64,000 nucleotides of DNA from Candidatus Bathyarchaeia archaeon (GCA_050010755.1 JBEKKK010000001.1:64001-128000), one strand, 5' to 3'; positions 50,541-60,750 are shown, counted from the first letter of the stretch. Translations and numbers: made by a program. Notes: generated by a model from the letters alone, not told the origin.

Positions 50541-51767
50541 CTAAACTTTGGCGGAGACCCATTCTGCAAGTTTGCTTGCGTTGCCCGAACTGCCGCACTC
50601 AAGTTGTCGAGTTATGTCCTTGAGGGTTTTCACGGCGGCCGGATGCATCATCATGAACAGGTCGACGCCTGCGAGCAGAAGCGTCACGGCCGTGGTCACT
50701 TCCCACAGGGGGCCTCGCAGCTCGCGGGGTTCCCATTCGGGGGCCATCTTCAGCCAAGCCTCTCTTGCTGCCCAAGCGTTTGTGGTTCCTGAAGACATTG
50801 GATGCGCCAGCTCCGGGTCTCCCATCAGTCCGCCGAGTCTGGCCCGCTCCATGTTGGTGAATGCATAGTCCAATCCATAGCCGAGTGCCGCCGTCGTCAA
50901 ATCCATAACGATGTCCTCTTTTGGCATGAAGTCGTAGAGTCGACGGTTGAGCTCTCTGGCCAAGTTCAAATCCATAGGAGTGAACGATAATGCGACATGC
51001 CCGTTTTTCTTGATGAACTTCGCGCAGCGTTCCACGTCCATGTCCTTCGTCACGGAGCTCATCAGGAACCTCTCGCCCGCAAAGGTTTCGGCGATTTCCG
51101 CGAAGACTTCGGTGTCTTTGACCGGATCCCCGCATCCGCCGATTACCAAGGGCACGTCCACGGCTTGAACTATATTCTCAACGGTCTTGACCGCGTCTTT
51201 CGGCGGAGCGTTCTTTATGAGTGGATCAATGCTGATTAAGTGTATTGTCAGAAGGTCGGCTCCGAACTTTTCGACGGCAAGCTTGGCCCAAGCTGCAGGA
51301 TCGCCAACGACTTCTTTGATGTGCATCTTGACAGCTTTTGGAAGCGGAACTTCCATGTCGAAAATGTCCAACGTCACGACCGGAGGATGAGGCATGGATC
51401 TCTCAAAAGTGTAGAAAGCCGGCGCAGTTTCGCCGCCGATTACGACGCACTTCCCGCGGGTTCCACCTTCCTTTTTCGTCGCCCCAAGCTTCACTTCCAC
51501 AATCTGGCCTGGATACGTCTTGACCGGTGGAACAAACTCTCTCTGTAAGATAGTTTGGGGCTTAACCTTTGCCGGTGCGACCACCTTAGGTTGCGAGATT
51601 ACTCGCGGAGCAACCGCGCCCGGTTGAATCGAGATTTCTAAGCTGCCCACTTCCATCTCGAAGTCATCAAGTTCTATTTCTTGGAGTTTTGCAAGTAGTT
51701 CTGTCAGGCGCGGACTAAGCTTCACTCCAAGAGGATTTTCTTCTTTATCTTTCTCATTTTCAGGCAA
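50541..51767 (-). CDS. cdhD: ACDS delta subunit (corrinoid Fe-S protein, small)
   Basis: DPAAWAK, IGGCGDPVKD, TAALGYGLDY..MER.RL..L.GD, NAWAAREAW, MMMHP. Confidence 0.95.
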   Translation of the reverse strand: MPENEKDKEENPLGVKLSPRLTELLAKLQEIELDDFEMEVGSLEISIQPGAVAPRVISQPKVVAPAKVKPQTILQREFVPPVKTYPGQIVEVKLGATKKEGGTRGKCVVIGGETAPAFYTFERSMPHPPVVTLDIFDMEVPLPKAVKMHIKEVVGDPAAWAKLAVEKFGADLLTIHLISIDPLIKNAPPKDAVKTVENIVQAVDVPLVIGGCGDPVKDTEVFAEIAETFAGERFLMSSVTKDMDVERCAKFIKKNGHVALSFTPMDLNLARELNRRLYDFMPKEDIVMDLTTAALGYGLDYAFTNMERARLGGLMGDPELAHPMSSGTTNAWAAREAWLKMAPEWEPRELRGPLWEVTTAVTLLLAGVDLFMMMHPAAVKTLKDITRQLECGSSGNASKLAEWVSAKV

Positions 51768-51773
51768 GCCTGT

Positions 51774-53177
51774 TCACCTGTTCTCCGATTTCTCGCTTCT
51801 GAGTTGACGAATGATCACTTTCTTCGCGTAGATTTTTGCGTCCTTCAGTATTATTTTGAAGCCGCCAGCAGTTATGGGCAGTGTCGCCGCCGTTGCGACT
51901 GGCACCAGCTCGGCTTCCCCTTCTTCTAGTACGGCCTCCGCAGCTTCTGGAGTTTCCACTTTCCAGCTCGCAACGACCGGGTGGTTGCGTTCTTTCAGGA
52001 AAGCCTTCAGCTCGTCAATGGTTTTTGCGTTCTCTTCGGTAGCAATCTTGTCGACAACGTCTGTGGGGATGAATTTCTTGACCTTGTCTTTGATTTCTTT
52101 GGGCATCCAGACGATTCGGTTCCAGCCGCCGTCGGCCTGCAGGAACTTTGAGGATCTCATGTACTCTATCGAGAGCCCGTGGAAACCATCCACTTGGCGG
52201 CCGCCCGCCGTTGAGTCGGCCAGCGTTGAAAACGCCAGCCCGTTGACGGTTACTTCCTTGAAGCCTCTGTGAACGATGCCGAACCCGTCTGCCTCCGGTA
52301 TGTAGAAGGCGACGCTTTCAAAACAGCCGCACGAGGTGTGCGGATGGCCGAAGGCCGTGTAGAGTTCGACCTTCGTTATTTCTCCCAGAGACTTTTTCTT
52401 GACTGCTTCGTTCACGCCTGAAAACTCTCCCTTTAAGGCGTCCAACTGTTCCCCACGTTCGATGGCGAAGACGGGGCCTTTCGGATCTATGCTTGCAGCT
52501 GCCTTGCCGTCAAACCAGCTTATAGCTCCGCAATTGGAGTATCGTTGAGGCGTAATAACGCACACGTGAGTCGGAGCGAACGATTGACACAAGACGCAAC
52601 CGTAGAACTTGTCAACCTCTTCGTCCTTTAGTCCCCTGGCTCTGGCGTCCCTGGCTTCGTAAATCTGCAGAGACTCCCCGTACATCTCTTTCACCCTTTC
52701 AGGGTCCGTGATGAATGTCACCTGCATTTTTTCGATTATGGGCAGTTCGCTCTTGAAGAGCCGATTCAGGACTTTTCCGATGTAATCGAAGGAGTTCAAT
52801 CCTTTCTGGAAGGATTTCTTGCTCAGCCTTAGCCAGATGTCGTAGCGTTGGTTGAGGTGCATGAAGCCTTCGATGTAATTGCTGAAAGCGTGTATGCGCC
52901 TTTCTATGACACCTTCAAGTTCTGGGTCTAGCTTAGCGCCAGCAACTTCGATGAGGATACCGAACGGGTAGATCTTTCCCTCTTCCATGTCCTTCAAGTC
53001 GGGCCCTACGATGGTCACTTTTCCGTCTTCGATTTCCTCTGGCCTCTTCACTCGTGCCAGCTCAAACTTCTCTTTAACGTCTGGCCCTCCCAGCTCCACC
53101 TGCATGTCTTTTCTTCGAATCCGTTCTCCCTCATAGATTACGCCCACGTCCACTGGGATGTCTTTGAACATCGACAT
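51774..53177 (-). CDS. cdhC: ACDS beta subunit (acetyl-CoA synthase)
   Basis: YEGERIR, EGFMHLNQR, FYGCVLCQSFAPTHVC, HTSCGCFE; likely ATG at 53177. Confidence 0.95.
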   Translation of the reverse strand: MSMFKDIPVDVGVIYEGERIRRKDMQVELGGPDVKEKFELARVKRPEEIEDGKVTIVGPDLKDMEEGKIYPFGILIEVAGAKLDPELEGVIERRIHAFSNYIEGFMHLNQRYDIWLRLSKKSFQKGLNSFDYIGKVLNRLFKSELPIIEKMQVTFITDPERVKEMYGESLQIYEARDARARGLKDEEVDKFYGCVLCQSFAPTHVCVITPQRYSNCGAISWFDGKAAASIDPKGPVFAIERGEQLDALKGEFSGVNEAVKKKSLGEITKVELYTAFGHPHTSCGCFESVAFYIPEADGFGIVHRGFKEVTVNGLAFSTLADSTAGGRQVDGFHGLSIEYMRSSKFLQADGGWNRIVWMPKEIKDKVKKFIPTDVVDKIATEENAKTIDELKAFLKERNHPVVASWKVETPEAAEAVLEEGEAELVPVATAATLPITAGGFKIILKDAKIYAKKVIIRQLRSEKSENR

Positions 53178-53181
53178 TTCT

Positions 53182-53736
53182 CTATTTTCCTCCTGCTTCT
53201 GACTTGTCAATTATGACCTTAAGGTTTTCCAGCCAGTCCTTCGCTGAGATGTTTGGGAAAGACCAGCTTGCATGTGAGTGATAAACGTTGTCCAACGTTA
53301 CAGTTTTGAGATTCGGCGCGTAATGTTTGAGTCCGGAGAGAATAGTCAGCTCCATGTAATAGGGCAACCCGACGAACAGAGCCAAATCATGCTGCCCTTT
53401 GCCGTCAATTCCTTTCCATTCAGGATCTACAAGTCTGTTTCCAATGTCTACCGCGGGCATCCACCCTGCTGGTTTGTAGGATCTTTTCAAAAACTCGCTT
53501 ACCGTGTGGGCTGTGGCGACGACTGGAATCTTCGTTTTCTGGGCAAAGTCAACGATGAAGTCAATCAGCTTTCTGTCTCCGAGATCTATCTCCGCGACTT
53601 TGTGGCCGACCACGAGTATCGGGTGTTTAGACTTCTTAATCATCGCAACGACGACTTCAGGCTTTGTTATAACAGAGGCTTTTTTTGGGCCTGAAACTTC
53701 AGCAGTTTGCCAGGGTTCCGCTGCCACCGCTCTCAC
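53182..53736 (-). CDS. cdhB: ACDS epsilon subunit
   Basis: KKSKHPILVVG, VVATAH, DPEWKGIDGKGQHDL, LSGLKH, ASWSFPN. Confidence 0.95.
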   Translation of the reverse strand: MRAVAAEPWQTAEVSGPKKASVITKPEVVVAMIKKSKHPILVVGHKVAEIDLGDRKLIDFIVDFAQKTKIPVVATAHTVSEFLKRSYKPAGWMPAVDIGNRLVDPEWKGIDGKGQHDLALFVGLPYYMELTILSGLKHYAPNLKTVTLDNVYHSHASWSFPNISAKDWLENLKVIIDKSEAGGK

Positions 53737-56081
53737 TCCTTTCTCTTTCGAATCATTCTGGGCAAGAGAGTTGGGTCAGGTATTACTGTTTCCTTCCACT
53801 TCTTGTCCTGCAATATCTTCATGATTTCGTCTTTCATCGTAACGGGCACGTCTGTAACGGTACGCACGAACTGGGGAATATCCTCAGGCATCGTTCCAAA
53901 CAGCCTCTTGTGCAAGTCGATGTAATGGGTCAGCTTTATCGCCCGACCCTTCGACGTGTCATTAGGCCTCATACAGAGCTTGGCAATCATAACCATCGCC
54001 TCTTCCTTCGTCTCAACTGCGCAGAACAAATGTTCCGGCGTAGGCCCAACGTAAACTTTCTCTCCGGTTCGCGCGTCACAAACGTACCAGTCCTCTTCAC
54101 GATCAGCTCTCCCAAGCAGCATCCGACGATACTTTGTTCCATGCGGACCCACTACAACGGGTATTCCCAGCCTCCAGAAGCCGCTCGCGATTGCCGCTGC
54201 CTTCTGGGACATGGCTCCCCATGCCACTCCGACGGCGCCGACACGATTCAATATGTAATCGGCTATTTCCTCGTAGTTGCCTCTCAGATTGCGTTTAGCA
54301 AATATGTTGGCGATTTTTATCGCGGCCCCCGCGATATGCGCATTCGCTACGCATGAACCGACGTTGACGACGCCGCCTGCGGCGAATTCACCCGTGAATG
54401 TTTCGTACGGACTCTTGCCCTCTTCATTCTTGTACATAGCCGCAGACATCGCTGAGCATCCAGAAGTCACGACTATGTAGCGCCTGTTGGCAAACTCGGT
54501 TACCATCTCAGCGACTTCTGCTCCGCCCTTGGGAAAGTTGGCGCAGCCCACGAAGGCAACGACGCCTGGAATCTCACCGAGCACGATGGGACTTCCGACG
54601 TTCCTTATTTCAACGTCCTGTATGGCTCCTCTTCCAGCACGGATCTTGTAGGTTTCTTCTTTCAGCTTCTTTTCTCCCGCCTTCACTATGAAACTGTGGA
54701 TTTTTAGGCCAACGGGACACGCCTGTTCGCATCGTATACACCCTACGCAAGATTCGTACAGGTCTGACAGCATCGTCAAGTCTTCCTTTCCGGCGGCTTT
54801 CATGGCCTCTGGAATGTTAAGATCCTGTGGACATGCCCGTCTACAGTCATCACATTGTTTGCACTCTTTCGCCCTCCGAACAACCTCTTCAGCCGATGGA
54901 ATTGTCTTGAACTTCTTCCGCACGGGTGCAACTTTCAACGAGGTCTTAACTGCGACTTCTCCAACTTTCTCCGGATCAAGAATAAGCACTCCAGGAGTCT
55001 TTCCGCTCACAAGATCTTCGACTATTTCATCTGCAGGGTCGCTAGTGCGATCTGGCAATCCCATGCAGTTCTTCTCAGAGGCCACGATGACGGGGGCCTT
55101 GATGCTGTGAGCTTCTTCTAAAGCGTCTGTCCGGATGCACTGCTCATCCAAGACAACGACGTCTGGAACACCGCTTCTTATGAAGCGCAACTGCCACGAA
55201 ATCGGACCCACGATTTTCGCTTTTTTATGATATCTGGTGATGTCGTGTGCCGTGCAGCAGAGGCCGCACACCTCAACTTCGGTGTCAGCTCCGCTCTCTT
55301 TCAGGTAGTCTATTATTCCGATTGAAGGAACGACATTGTGACCTATGACAAGAATTACGGGTTTCTCGGGTTTTATGGTTCCAAACCCTAAATCTACGAG
55401 AGGAGAATCAGGATCCGCCTTTGGAAAGCCGTATGTTGCAACCTGAGCAATGTCGGCAACCTCCAATCCAAGGTGGTCAATCATGCCAGCGTGAAGAACC
55501 TTTGATTCAAAATCGGTGCTGTTTCCTTCCATGCCCGTGTGTGTTACCGAGAGTAAATTGGTAAGCTGATTTTCAGCATAATCTAGAATTTCTTCAAGGT
55601 CCCCAAGTGTTCGGGGTTTTGTTCCGCAGACCAAACGTATGATCGGCGCCTCAACCTTAATGTTAAGGCCGCCCACGTCGAGGGCTTTTCTGCGACCGAA
55701 CTTTTTGATTAAGTGTTCGACCAGATGACGAGCGTGTCCGACGTGCGTCGACGTTCCTATGCAGCAAGCCAGCAGGACTGTTCTCGACTGCTGCGCAGAC
55801 ATGTTTATTCCACAAGCCCCACGTTTGTTGCCGGTCAAGTCACATTTTCCATACGTGCAGAGACAGCACAAGTCACAGAAGGGCATGTAGAACGGTTTGT
55901 ACCGTTGGAGAAGCTTCTTGTCCCACTCCCTAAGCGTGGTCATGGAAGGAAATGGAGTTGGCCCCATGGGCTCGGTCCACGATTCATCAACAACCTTACC
56001 CACCGATAGTTCGAGGTTCTTTACAACTCCAACATCAGTCTTTAACTCTCCAATCTTCACTTTAACGCCTTTTCTACTCAA
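53733..56081 (-). CDS. cdhA: ACDS alpha subunit (CO dehydrogenase)
   Basis: CDLCCLCTYGKC, GHN, GLCCTAHD, two ferredoxin motifs, GCAN, SGCSA, GSCVAN, AMSQKA. Confidence 0.96.
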   Translation of the reverse strand: MSRKGVKVKIGELKTDVGVVKNLELSVGKVVDESWTEPMGPTPFPSMTTLREWDKKLLQRYKPFYMPFCDLCCLCTYGKCDLTGNKRGACGINMSAQQSRTVLLACCIGTSTHVGHARHLVEHLIKKFGRRKALDVGGLNIKVEAPIIRLVCGTKPRTLGDLEEILDYAENQLTNLLSVTHTGMEGNSTDFESKVLHAGMIDHLGLEVADIAQVATYGFPKADPDSPLVDLGFGTIKPEKPVILVIGHNVVPSIGIIDYLKESGADTEVEVCGLCCTAHDITRYHKKAKIVGPISWQLRFIRSGVPDVVVLDEQCIRTDALEEAHSIKAPVIVASEKNCMGLPDRTSDPADEIVEDLVSGKTPGVLILDPEKVGEVAVKTSLKVAPVRKKFKTIPSAEEVVRRAKECKQCDDCRRACPQDLNIPEAMKAAGKEDLTMLSDLYESCVGCIRCEQACPVGLKIHSFIVKAGEKKLKEETYKIRAGRGAIQDVEIRNVGSPIVLGEIPGVVAFVGCANFPKGGAEVAEMVTEFANRRYIVVTSGCSAMSAAMYKNEEGKSPYETFTGEFAAGGVVNVGSCVANAHIAGAAIKIANIFAKRNLRGNYEEIADYILNRVGAVGVAWGAMSQKAAAIASGFWRLGIPVVVGPHGTKYRRMLLGRADREEDWYVCDARTGEKVYVGPTPEHLFCAVETKEEAMVMIAKLCMRPNDTSKGRAIKLTHYIDLHKRLFGTMPEDIPQFVRTVTDVPVTMKDEIMKILQDKKWKETVIPDPTLLPRMIRKRKE

Positions 56082-56276
56082 TTAAAAACCAGCCCAGATA
56101 TCTGCAGAGATTTAACGTGGTTACTGAATTATTTTAAGTTTGTCTTGGGAATTCTGCCGTTTTATCGTTCCAAATTCGGCTTCAACAACAAGGTTTTCTA
56201 GCGCCATGGCGTGTTTGTGAATCCCTTTTTCAATTGTGACCGAGTTGAGGGTCGCGCCCTTTAATCATCTTCCCAT

Positions 56277-56386
56277 CCCCGAAACTAGCGAGACCGTGCC
56301 TTTCAGAAGGCTGAACGCTTGGAGAACAGCTGCAGAAATAATCGCAGCTCTTTTCCCTTTTTGAAAAGACGGTTCTTCTCGCCCAT
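56277..56386 (-). pseudogene. Frameshifted 5' remnant of a cation diffusion facilitator (CDF) gene
   Basis: MGEKNRLFKKG, then a 1-nt shift into RAAIISAAVLQAFSLLKGTVSLVSG, resembling CDF TM1; lies directly after the NifX gene. Confidence 0.4.
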
Positions 56387-56416
56387 TCTTAGAATTAAAC
56401 TCTTAGAGTTCCAATC

Positions 56417-56788
56417 CTAGTGATGGCGCGCGCGGTGGCAGCCTTCGGTAAGCTCTTGCAGCTGGTCATCGTTGTATGAAGCAATTACGTCCTTGACTAT
56501 ATCTGCGTTCGCTTTCAACACTGCTACTCCTGCTTCTTGGAATCCGGTCAAACCTCTTGGGCCCATTCCGAAGGTTATTATCGCGTTCGGTTTCCGCTCC
56601 AGAATGTGTTCGTGCATGTGTCCTTTGCCTCCGAAATGTTCACCTTTGTTTTCCACGGTCTCCACATTTTCGACTTTCCCATCGTTGTCCAACGTTACAG
56701 TAACATAGAAGGGCGCTCTTCCGAAATGCTCCGCTATTCCAGCATTCAAACCGTTCCTGTCCGAAACCGGAACAATAACTTTTTTCAT
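56417..56788 (-). CDS. NifB/NifX (FeMo-co binding-like) family protein
   Basis: EHFGRAPFY, GMGPRG, C-terminal CHRARHH; ATG 56788 after SD GGAGGTGA. Confidence 0.9.
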   Translation of the reverse strand: MKKVIVPVSDRNGLNAGIAEHFGRAPFYVTVTLDNDGKVENVETVENKGEHFGGKGHMHEHILERKPNAIITFGMGPRGLTGFQEAGVAVLKANADIVKDVIASYNDDQLQELTEGCHRARHH

Positions 56789-56808
56789 TGCGTCACCTCC
56801 CCTTTTCA

Positions 56809-57666
56809 CTATTTCTCCGCCTTCTGTTTCAGCGAGTCTTCGATTTTCTTGACGATTTCCATGAAAGCCTTTGAAGCTGCAGAGTTGGGATGCTCCACGA
56901 TGAATGGTTCTCCTCTATCAGCATCCTCACAAATTTCTTGATCAATCGGAATGCTTCCGAGAAACGATATGTTCAATTCCTGAGCTATCTTTTGCCCACC
57001 GCCAGACTCGAAGATGTCAGATCTTTTCCCACAATTAGGACAGATGAAACCGCTCATGTTCTCGACTACACCGATGATGGGCATTCCCAGCTGCTGAGCA
57101 AAGGTTACAGACTTCTTGACGATCACCTGCGAGATTTTAGATGGGATAGTAACTATCACGACGCCATCCATTTCTGGCAATAACTGAGCGATGCTTAGTG
57201 GCTCATCCCCTGTTCCAGGTGGTAGATCGATTAGCAGTATGTCCAAGTCTCCCCAGACTATGTCTGACAAGAACTGGCGAATAGCAGTCATCTTCATCGG
57301 CCCACGCCAAATCACTGGTGCATTTTCATCGGGCAATAGAAAGTCCATGGAAACGACCTTTATCCCTAAAGTGCCGGAGGCTGGGAAGGCTCCCGGCGGC
57401 CCCGATTGGAGCCTTTGGCCTGTTAACCCAAGCATTCTCGGTACGCTGGGACCATGTATGTCTGCGTCAAGAATGCCGATCCGGTTGGCGTGTCCATGCA
57501 TCGCGAGGGCGACGGCCAAGTTCACTGCAACTGTGCTTTTGCCAACGCCACCTTTGCCGCTTATTATGGCTATCTTGTGTCTGACCTTGCTCATTCTTGT
57601 CTTAAGCTTCTGCTCCTGTTCCGAAAACTGCTTCTCTCTCTGTGCCACTATTTGCGCGCTTGTCAA
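56809..57666 (-). CDS. Mrp/NBP35 (ApbC) Fe-S cluster carrier ATPase
   Basis: SGKGGVGKS, DADIHGPSVP, VIWRGP, DLPPGTGD, VENMSGFICPNC; TTG at 57666 after GAGGGGG. Confidence 0.93.
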   Translation of the reverse strand: MTSAQIVAQREKQFSEQEQKLKTRMSKVRHKIAIISGKGGVGKSTVAVNLAVALAMHGHANRIGILDADIHGPSVPRMLGLTGQRLQSGPPGAFPASGTLGIKVVSMDFLLPDENAPVIWRGPMKMTAIRQFLSDIVWGDLDILLIDLPPGTGDEPLSIAQLLPEMDGVVIVTIPSKISQVIVKKSVTFAQQLGMPIIGVVENMSGFICPNCGKRSDIFESGGGQKIAQELNISFLGSIPIDQEICEDADRGEPFIVEHPNSAASKAFMEIVKKIEDSLKQKAEK

Positions 57667-57679
57667 TTCGATAACCCCC

Positions 57680-58141
57680 TCATATTTCAAAATGGCCTCT
57701 GCGACCTCTTCCAAGTCGAGCGTGCCCTCTGTCTTGGGGAGCCCTGTGTATGTTCTTGCCTCCGCATTTTGGACACGCATCGAGTCTTCCTTTTCCGTGC
57801 GGTTCTTCCCACTCGTGGCCGCATTCGGCGCATTTGAATTTTCTTGTTGTGTCCCACGTGTATTCTCCTCCTTCTATTCGTATGGCTTTGCCATTCACCA
57901 GCGCGTCTGCCACCTTCTTTCTTGCCGCCTCTATCACTCTGTGAAATGTTGGTTGCGATATGCGCATACTGTCAGCAGCAGCTGTCTGCTCTAATCCCTC
58001 GAGATCTTTCAATCGTATCGCTTCAAATTCGTCTACGCTTAGATCAACGCTTTTCAAAGAAGTCATTGGAATGCCTCTGGGTTTGAAGTACGTCACTCCT
58101 GGTTCGCAACATACCCTTCGGCAGATTCTTGGTCTAGGCAC
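57680..58141 (-). CDS. DUF134 (UPF0251) HTH protein with C-terminal Zn ribbon
   Basis: MPRPR..R.V, FKPRG, EFEAIRLKDLEGLEQ..AA..M.ISQPTF.R, ARKKVADALV.GK.I.IEGG; CAEC..CPKC. Confidence 0.92.
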   Translation of the reverse strand: MPRPRICRRVCCEPGVTYFKPRGIPMTSLKSVDLSVDEFEAIRLKDLEGLEQTAAADSMRISQPTFHRVIEAARKKVADALVNGKAIRIEGGEYTWDTTRKFKCAECGHEWEEPHGKGRLDACPKCGGKNIHRAPQDRGHARLGRGRRGHFEI

Positions 58142-58143
58142 GG

Positions 58144-58163
58144 TTATGAATATATATTCATAA
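58144..58163. promoter_or_regulatory. Perfect 20-bp palindrome, putative operator of the DUF134 operon
   Basis: TTATGAATATATATTCATAA between a minus-strand BRE/TATA (CGAAACCTTTAAG, 58180-58168) and the GTG at 58141. Confidence 0.7.
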
Positions 58164-58292
58164 ATCTCTTAAAGGTTTCGTAACGCAAGCTGGGAAAGGC
58201 AACATGAAATTGTGGAGAACAGCAGGCATTGCGCCCTGACAGGAAATCAGAACGAGTTCAAAACACTGAACAATGAGCGAAGATGGAGGCCC

Positions 58293-58997
58293 TCAACTTT
58301 CCAAGTGATATGGACATTTTTGCTTCAAGCACTCCTTGTTTAGATCTTTGAACTCGCACTTCACTTTTCGGTTGATCTTCATATCAAAGCTGAAATTCTC
58401 CTTTAGAAAATTCACGGTTTGATTTATCGCAAGAAATGTATTCCTCTTGCAGCACCTTGGGCCTCCGTGATCTGCTATTGTCAGGAGGCTTTTCGCCGTT
58501 ATCAAGTTGCTTAACTTCCATTCTCGTGAGGACAATGGCGTCGCGTTTGTAATCAAGCTCATGAAAATTCCTGTTCCTACGGCAGCTCCACAATCTCCGT
58601 AAAATCCACAGAACCCTCCCAGTATTTTTGAAGATCTAGATCTTGCTTCCTTTATTTTCAGTCTCTTTTGCGCGTAATCTCCTTTAGCGTTGTAATACGC
58701 AGCGAGCAAAACGGCTGGGACAAGGAAATGGTGCTCTGGTCCGTGCATCTTTATCTTGGGGTTTCTCAACAAGATCAAAGCAAGTTCCAAAGGATCTGTT
58801 ATTTTGCTCGTACTGCAGAAATTCTCTATCAGATCGTTTCCCGGCATGCTGTGGCACTTGTCGCAGACATAGTGTCCCTTTCTGCACTTTACGTTTGAAT
58901 CAAGAATTTCGTGACAATAGAAACACTCCAGTTTTTCATTCTGCCCGTAAACAAGTTCATCCCCACAAACGACGCAGCCACTTCTCTTATGCGACAT
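58293..58997 (-). CDS. DUF5714-family Cys-rich protein
   Basis: CVVC, CFYC, C..GHYVCDKCH, MHGPEHH.LVP, GGFCGFYGDCGAAVG, GGPRCCKR. Confidence 0.75.
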   Translation of the reverse strand: MSHKRSGCVVCGDELVYGQNEKLECFYCHEILDSNVKCRKGHYVCDKCHSMPGNDLIENFCSTSKITDPLELALILLRNPKIKMHGPEHHFLVPAVLLAAYYNAKGDYAQKRLKIKEARSRSSKILGGFCGFYGDCGAAVGTGIFMSLITNATPLSSREWKLSNLITAKSLLTIADHGGPRCCKRNTFLAINQTVNFLKENFSFDMKINRKVKCEFKDLNKECLKQKCPYHLES

Positions 58998-59146
58998 TTT
59001 TCCACCTCGAACACATCATCATCTTGTTCTTGCTTTCTTCAGCGCGTGAATTCTCCTTGAACACTGGTCTGTCAATCTTAAATGGTAAAATATCAATCTG
59101 TACTTAGCGATATAAAAAAAGAGGTTACATTGAGGCTTCTTTAGTC

Positions 59147-59431
59147 TTACATGGTTTTCGCGACTTCGCTGAATGGTAGGACTGGTCTTACGTCAACTGC
59201 CATTTGACCAAAGAACTTTGAAATCGTAAAGGCATTGTCGGCGTCTATAATGAAGAAACCCTTATGATCAGTACTCTTGTCTTTTGGGCAACTCATATAG
59301 GCTCCGACTATTTTGAGACCCGACTTCCTGACGTTCTCATCTGAAAAGAGCGTTTTGATCATTGTTTTTCCTTCAGGCGTTAGTAGCGGACATTTTGCGG
59401 CTTGATGGGTATGGGTTGCGACAAACAGCAA
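59147..59431 (-). CDS. Small hypothetical protein (HxH...CP motif)
   Basis: TTG at 59431 after SD GGAGGTGA; THTHQAAKCP and DHKGFFIIDAD. Confidence 0.65.
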   Translation of the reverse strand: MLFVATHTHQAAKCPLLTPEGKTMIKTLFSDENVRKSGLKIVGAYMSCPKDKSTDHKGFFIIDADNAFTISKFFGQMAVDVRPVLPFSEVAKTM

Positions 59432-59478
59432 AGACTCACCTCCTTTCTGCATTTCAGCCTAAAGTAATTCGGTTCTGG

Positions 59479-59925
59479 CTATTTGGGCACTACTTCGAAT
59501 TCCACTTTCAACGGAATCGGTTCTTTGAATATGGATAGTACCGGACAGTTTGCTTCAGTTCTCCGCCAAGCAGCCTCAAGCAACTCCTTTCTTGCATTTG
59601 CACACACTTTGGTCTTCACGGTCACTCCAGTCAATACTGGGGAGTCGGGAGATTTGTCTGCTTCCGCCACGGCCTCGACTTTGATAAGTTCGATTTTGCT
59701 TTGCTTGCAGCAATCGGCAAATATGGTTACTGCACAATCTGCTAACGCCATTACTGCCAATTCAAGAGCTGTTGGACCCGTGTCGTTCCCACCCGCTGCT
59801 GTAGAAAGGTCGCAGACTACGCTATGCGTTCTGGAATTGTCAACTACTGACCGAACATTCTCTATCCATTTCGCTGTAGCCTTAATTTTTGGCATTTCCT
59901 TCACCGAATCAGACATTATACCCAC
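59479..59925 (-). CDS. OsmC/Ohr family protein
   Basis: GGNDTGPTALEL..ALADC and ANCPV two-Cys signature. Confidence 0.88.
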   Translation of the reverse strand: MGIMSDSVKEMPKIKATAKWIENVRSVVDNSRTHSVVCDLSTAAGGNDTGPTALELAVMALADCAVTIFADCCKQSKIELIKVEAVAEADKSPDSPVLTGVTVKTKVCANARKELLEAAWRRTEANCPVLSIFKEPIPLKVEFEVVPK

Positions 59926-60079
59926 GACAAATTAAGAGTTGCGCAAGCTGGCGCGCATGGTTGTTGTCAAAGTTGCTTAGAATTTTTTGTTCCTAATTTG
60001 AGGAAGGCAAGGGTCACGCGTGCACGTGCTACGAAAACAATAAGACTTACATTTCTAAGCTGGATGATCGTGGAGAACA

Positions 60080-60529
60080 ATGTCTAAACCTGAGAAGAAT
60101 GTGGGTATAATTATCTGTGACCGTTACCATAGTTGCGCCGGCGGGAAATGCCTAAGAGCATTGAAGAACAAGGAAGGAGCTTTCAGTTTGTACATCGATC
60201 AGGAAGTGAAACTAGTGGGATACACTACTTGTGGAGGATGCCCTGGTGGAAACGTTGAAGACTGTATTGAAGAAATGAAGAAAAACGGTGCTGAAGTGAT
60301 TCACTTTGCTACAGGAATGGTCGTCGGTTATCCACCCTGCCCCTACATTGACCAGTTGCGCGACTTTGTTAAGCAGAAATACAATATTGAGGTGGTTATC
60401 GGAACACATCCAATTCCACAGAAATATTACCTGACACACGAAGCCCTCGGAACTTGGAAATCGCCTGAATGGAAAGAACGAATCAAGCATGTACTGACAG
60501 ATGAGCAGACACGATCAAAATACAATTGA
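60080..60529 (+). CDS. CGGC-domain metal-binding protein
   Basis: ICDRYHSCAGGKC, TCGGCPG, PPCP, GTHPIP. Confidence 0.88.
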   Translation: MSKPEKNVGIIICDRYHSCAGGKCLRALKNKEGAFSLYIDQEVKLVGYTTCGGCPGGNVEDCIEEMKKNGAEVIHFATGMVVGYPPCPYIDQLRDFVKQKYNIEVVIGTHPIPQKYYLTHEALGTWKSPEWKERIKHVLTDEQTRSKYN

Positions 60530-60750
60530 CCAAAAATCTTTTCATTCCTGATATCTTGTAGCCACTGATTTCGCAGAACCTTATCTGGTAGCCATTAATA
60601 CCGAAGAATAGGTCGACCGATCAATCACGGATGGAGTCGGTTTTTGCATTGGCCTTGACTCGTGCACGATGCGACCGCCAGATTATGGCGCGCACCACTG
60701 ATTGCTGACGTAGGTGGTTCAGGAAGCAAACATGATAAAGCCCATACTAA

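Noticed and set aside
57191-57994. 267-aa plus-strand ORF (likewise 49657..50328, 53685..54356 and 32943..33557)
   Set aside because: Antisense shadows of well-supported genes (Mrp/DUF134, cdhE, cdhA, glmM/glmU).
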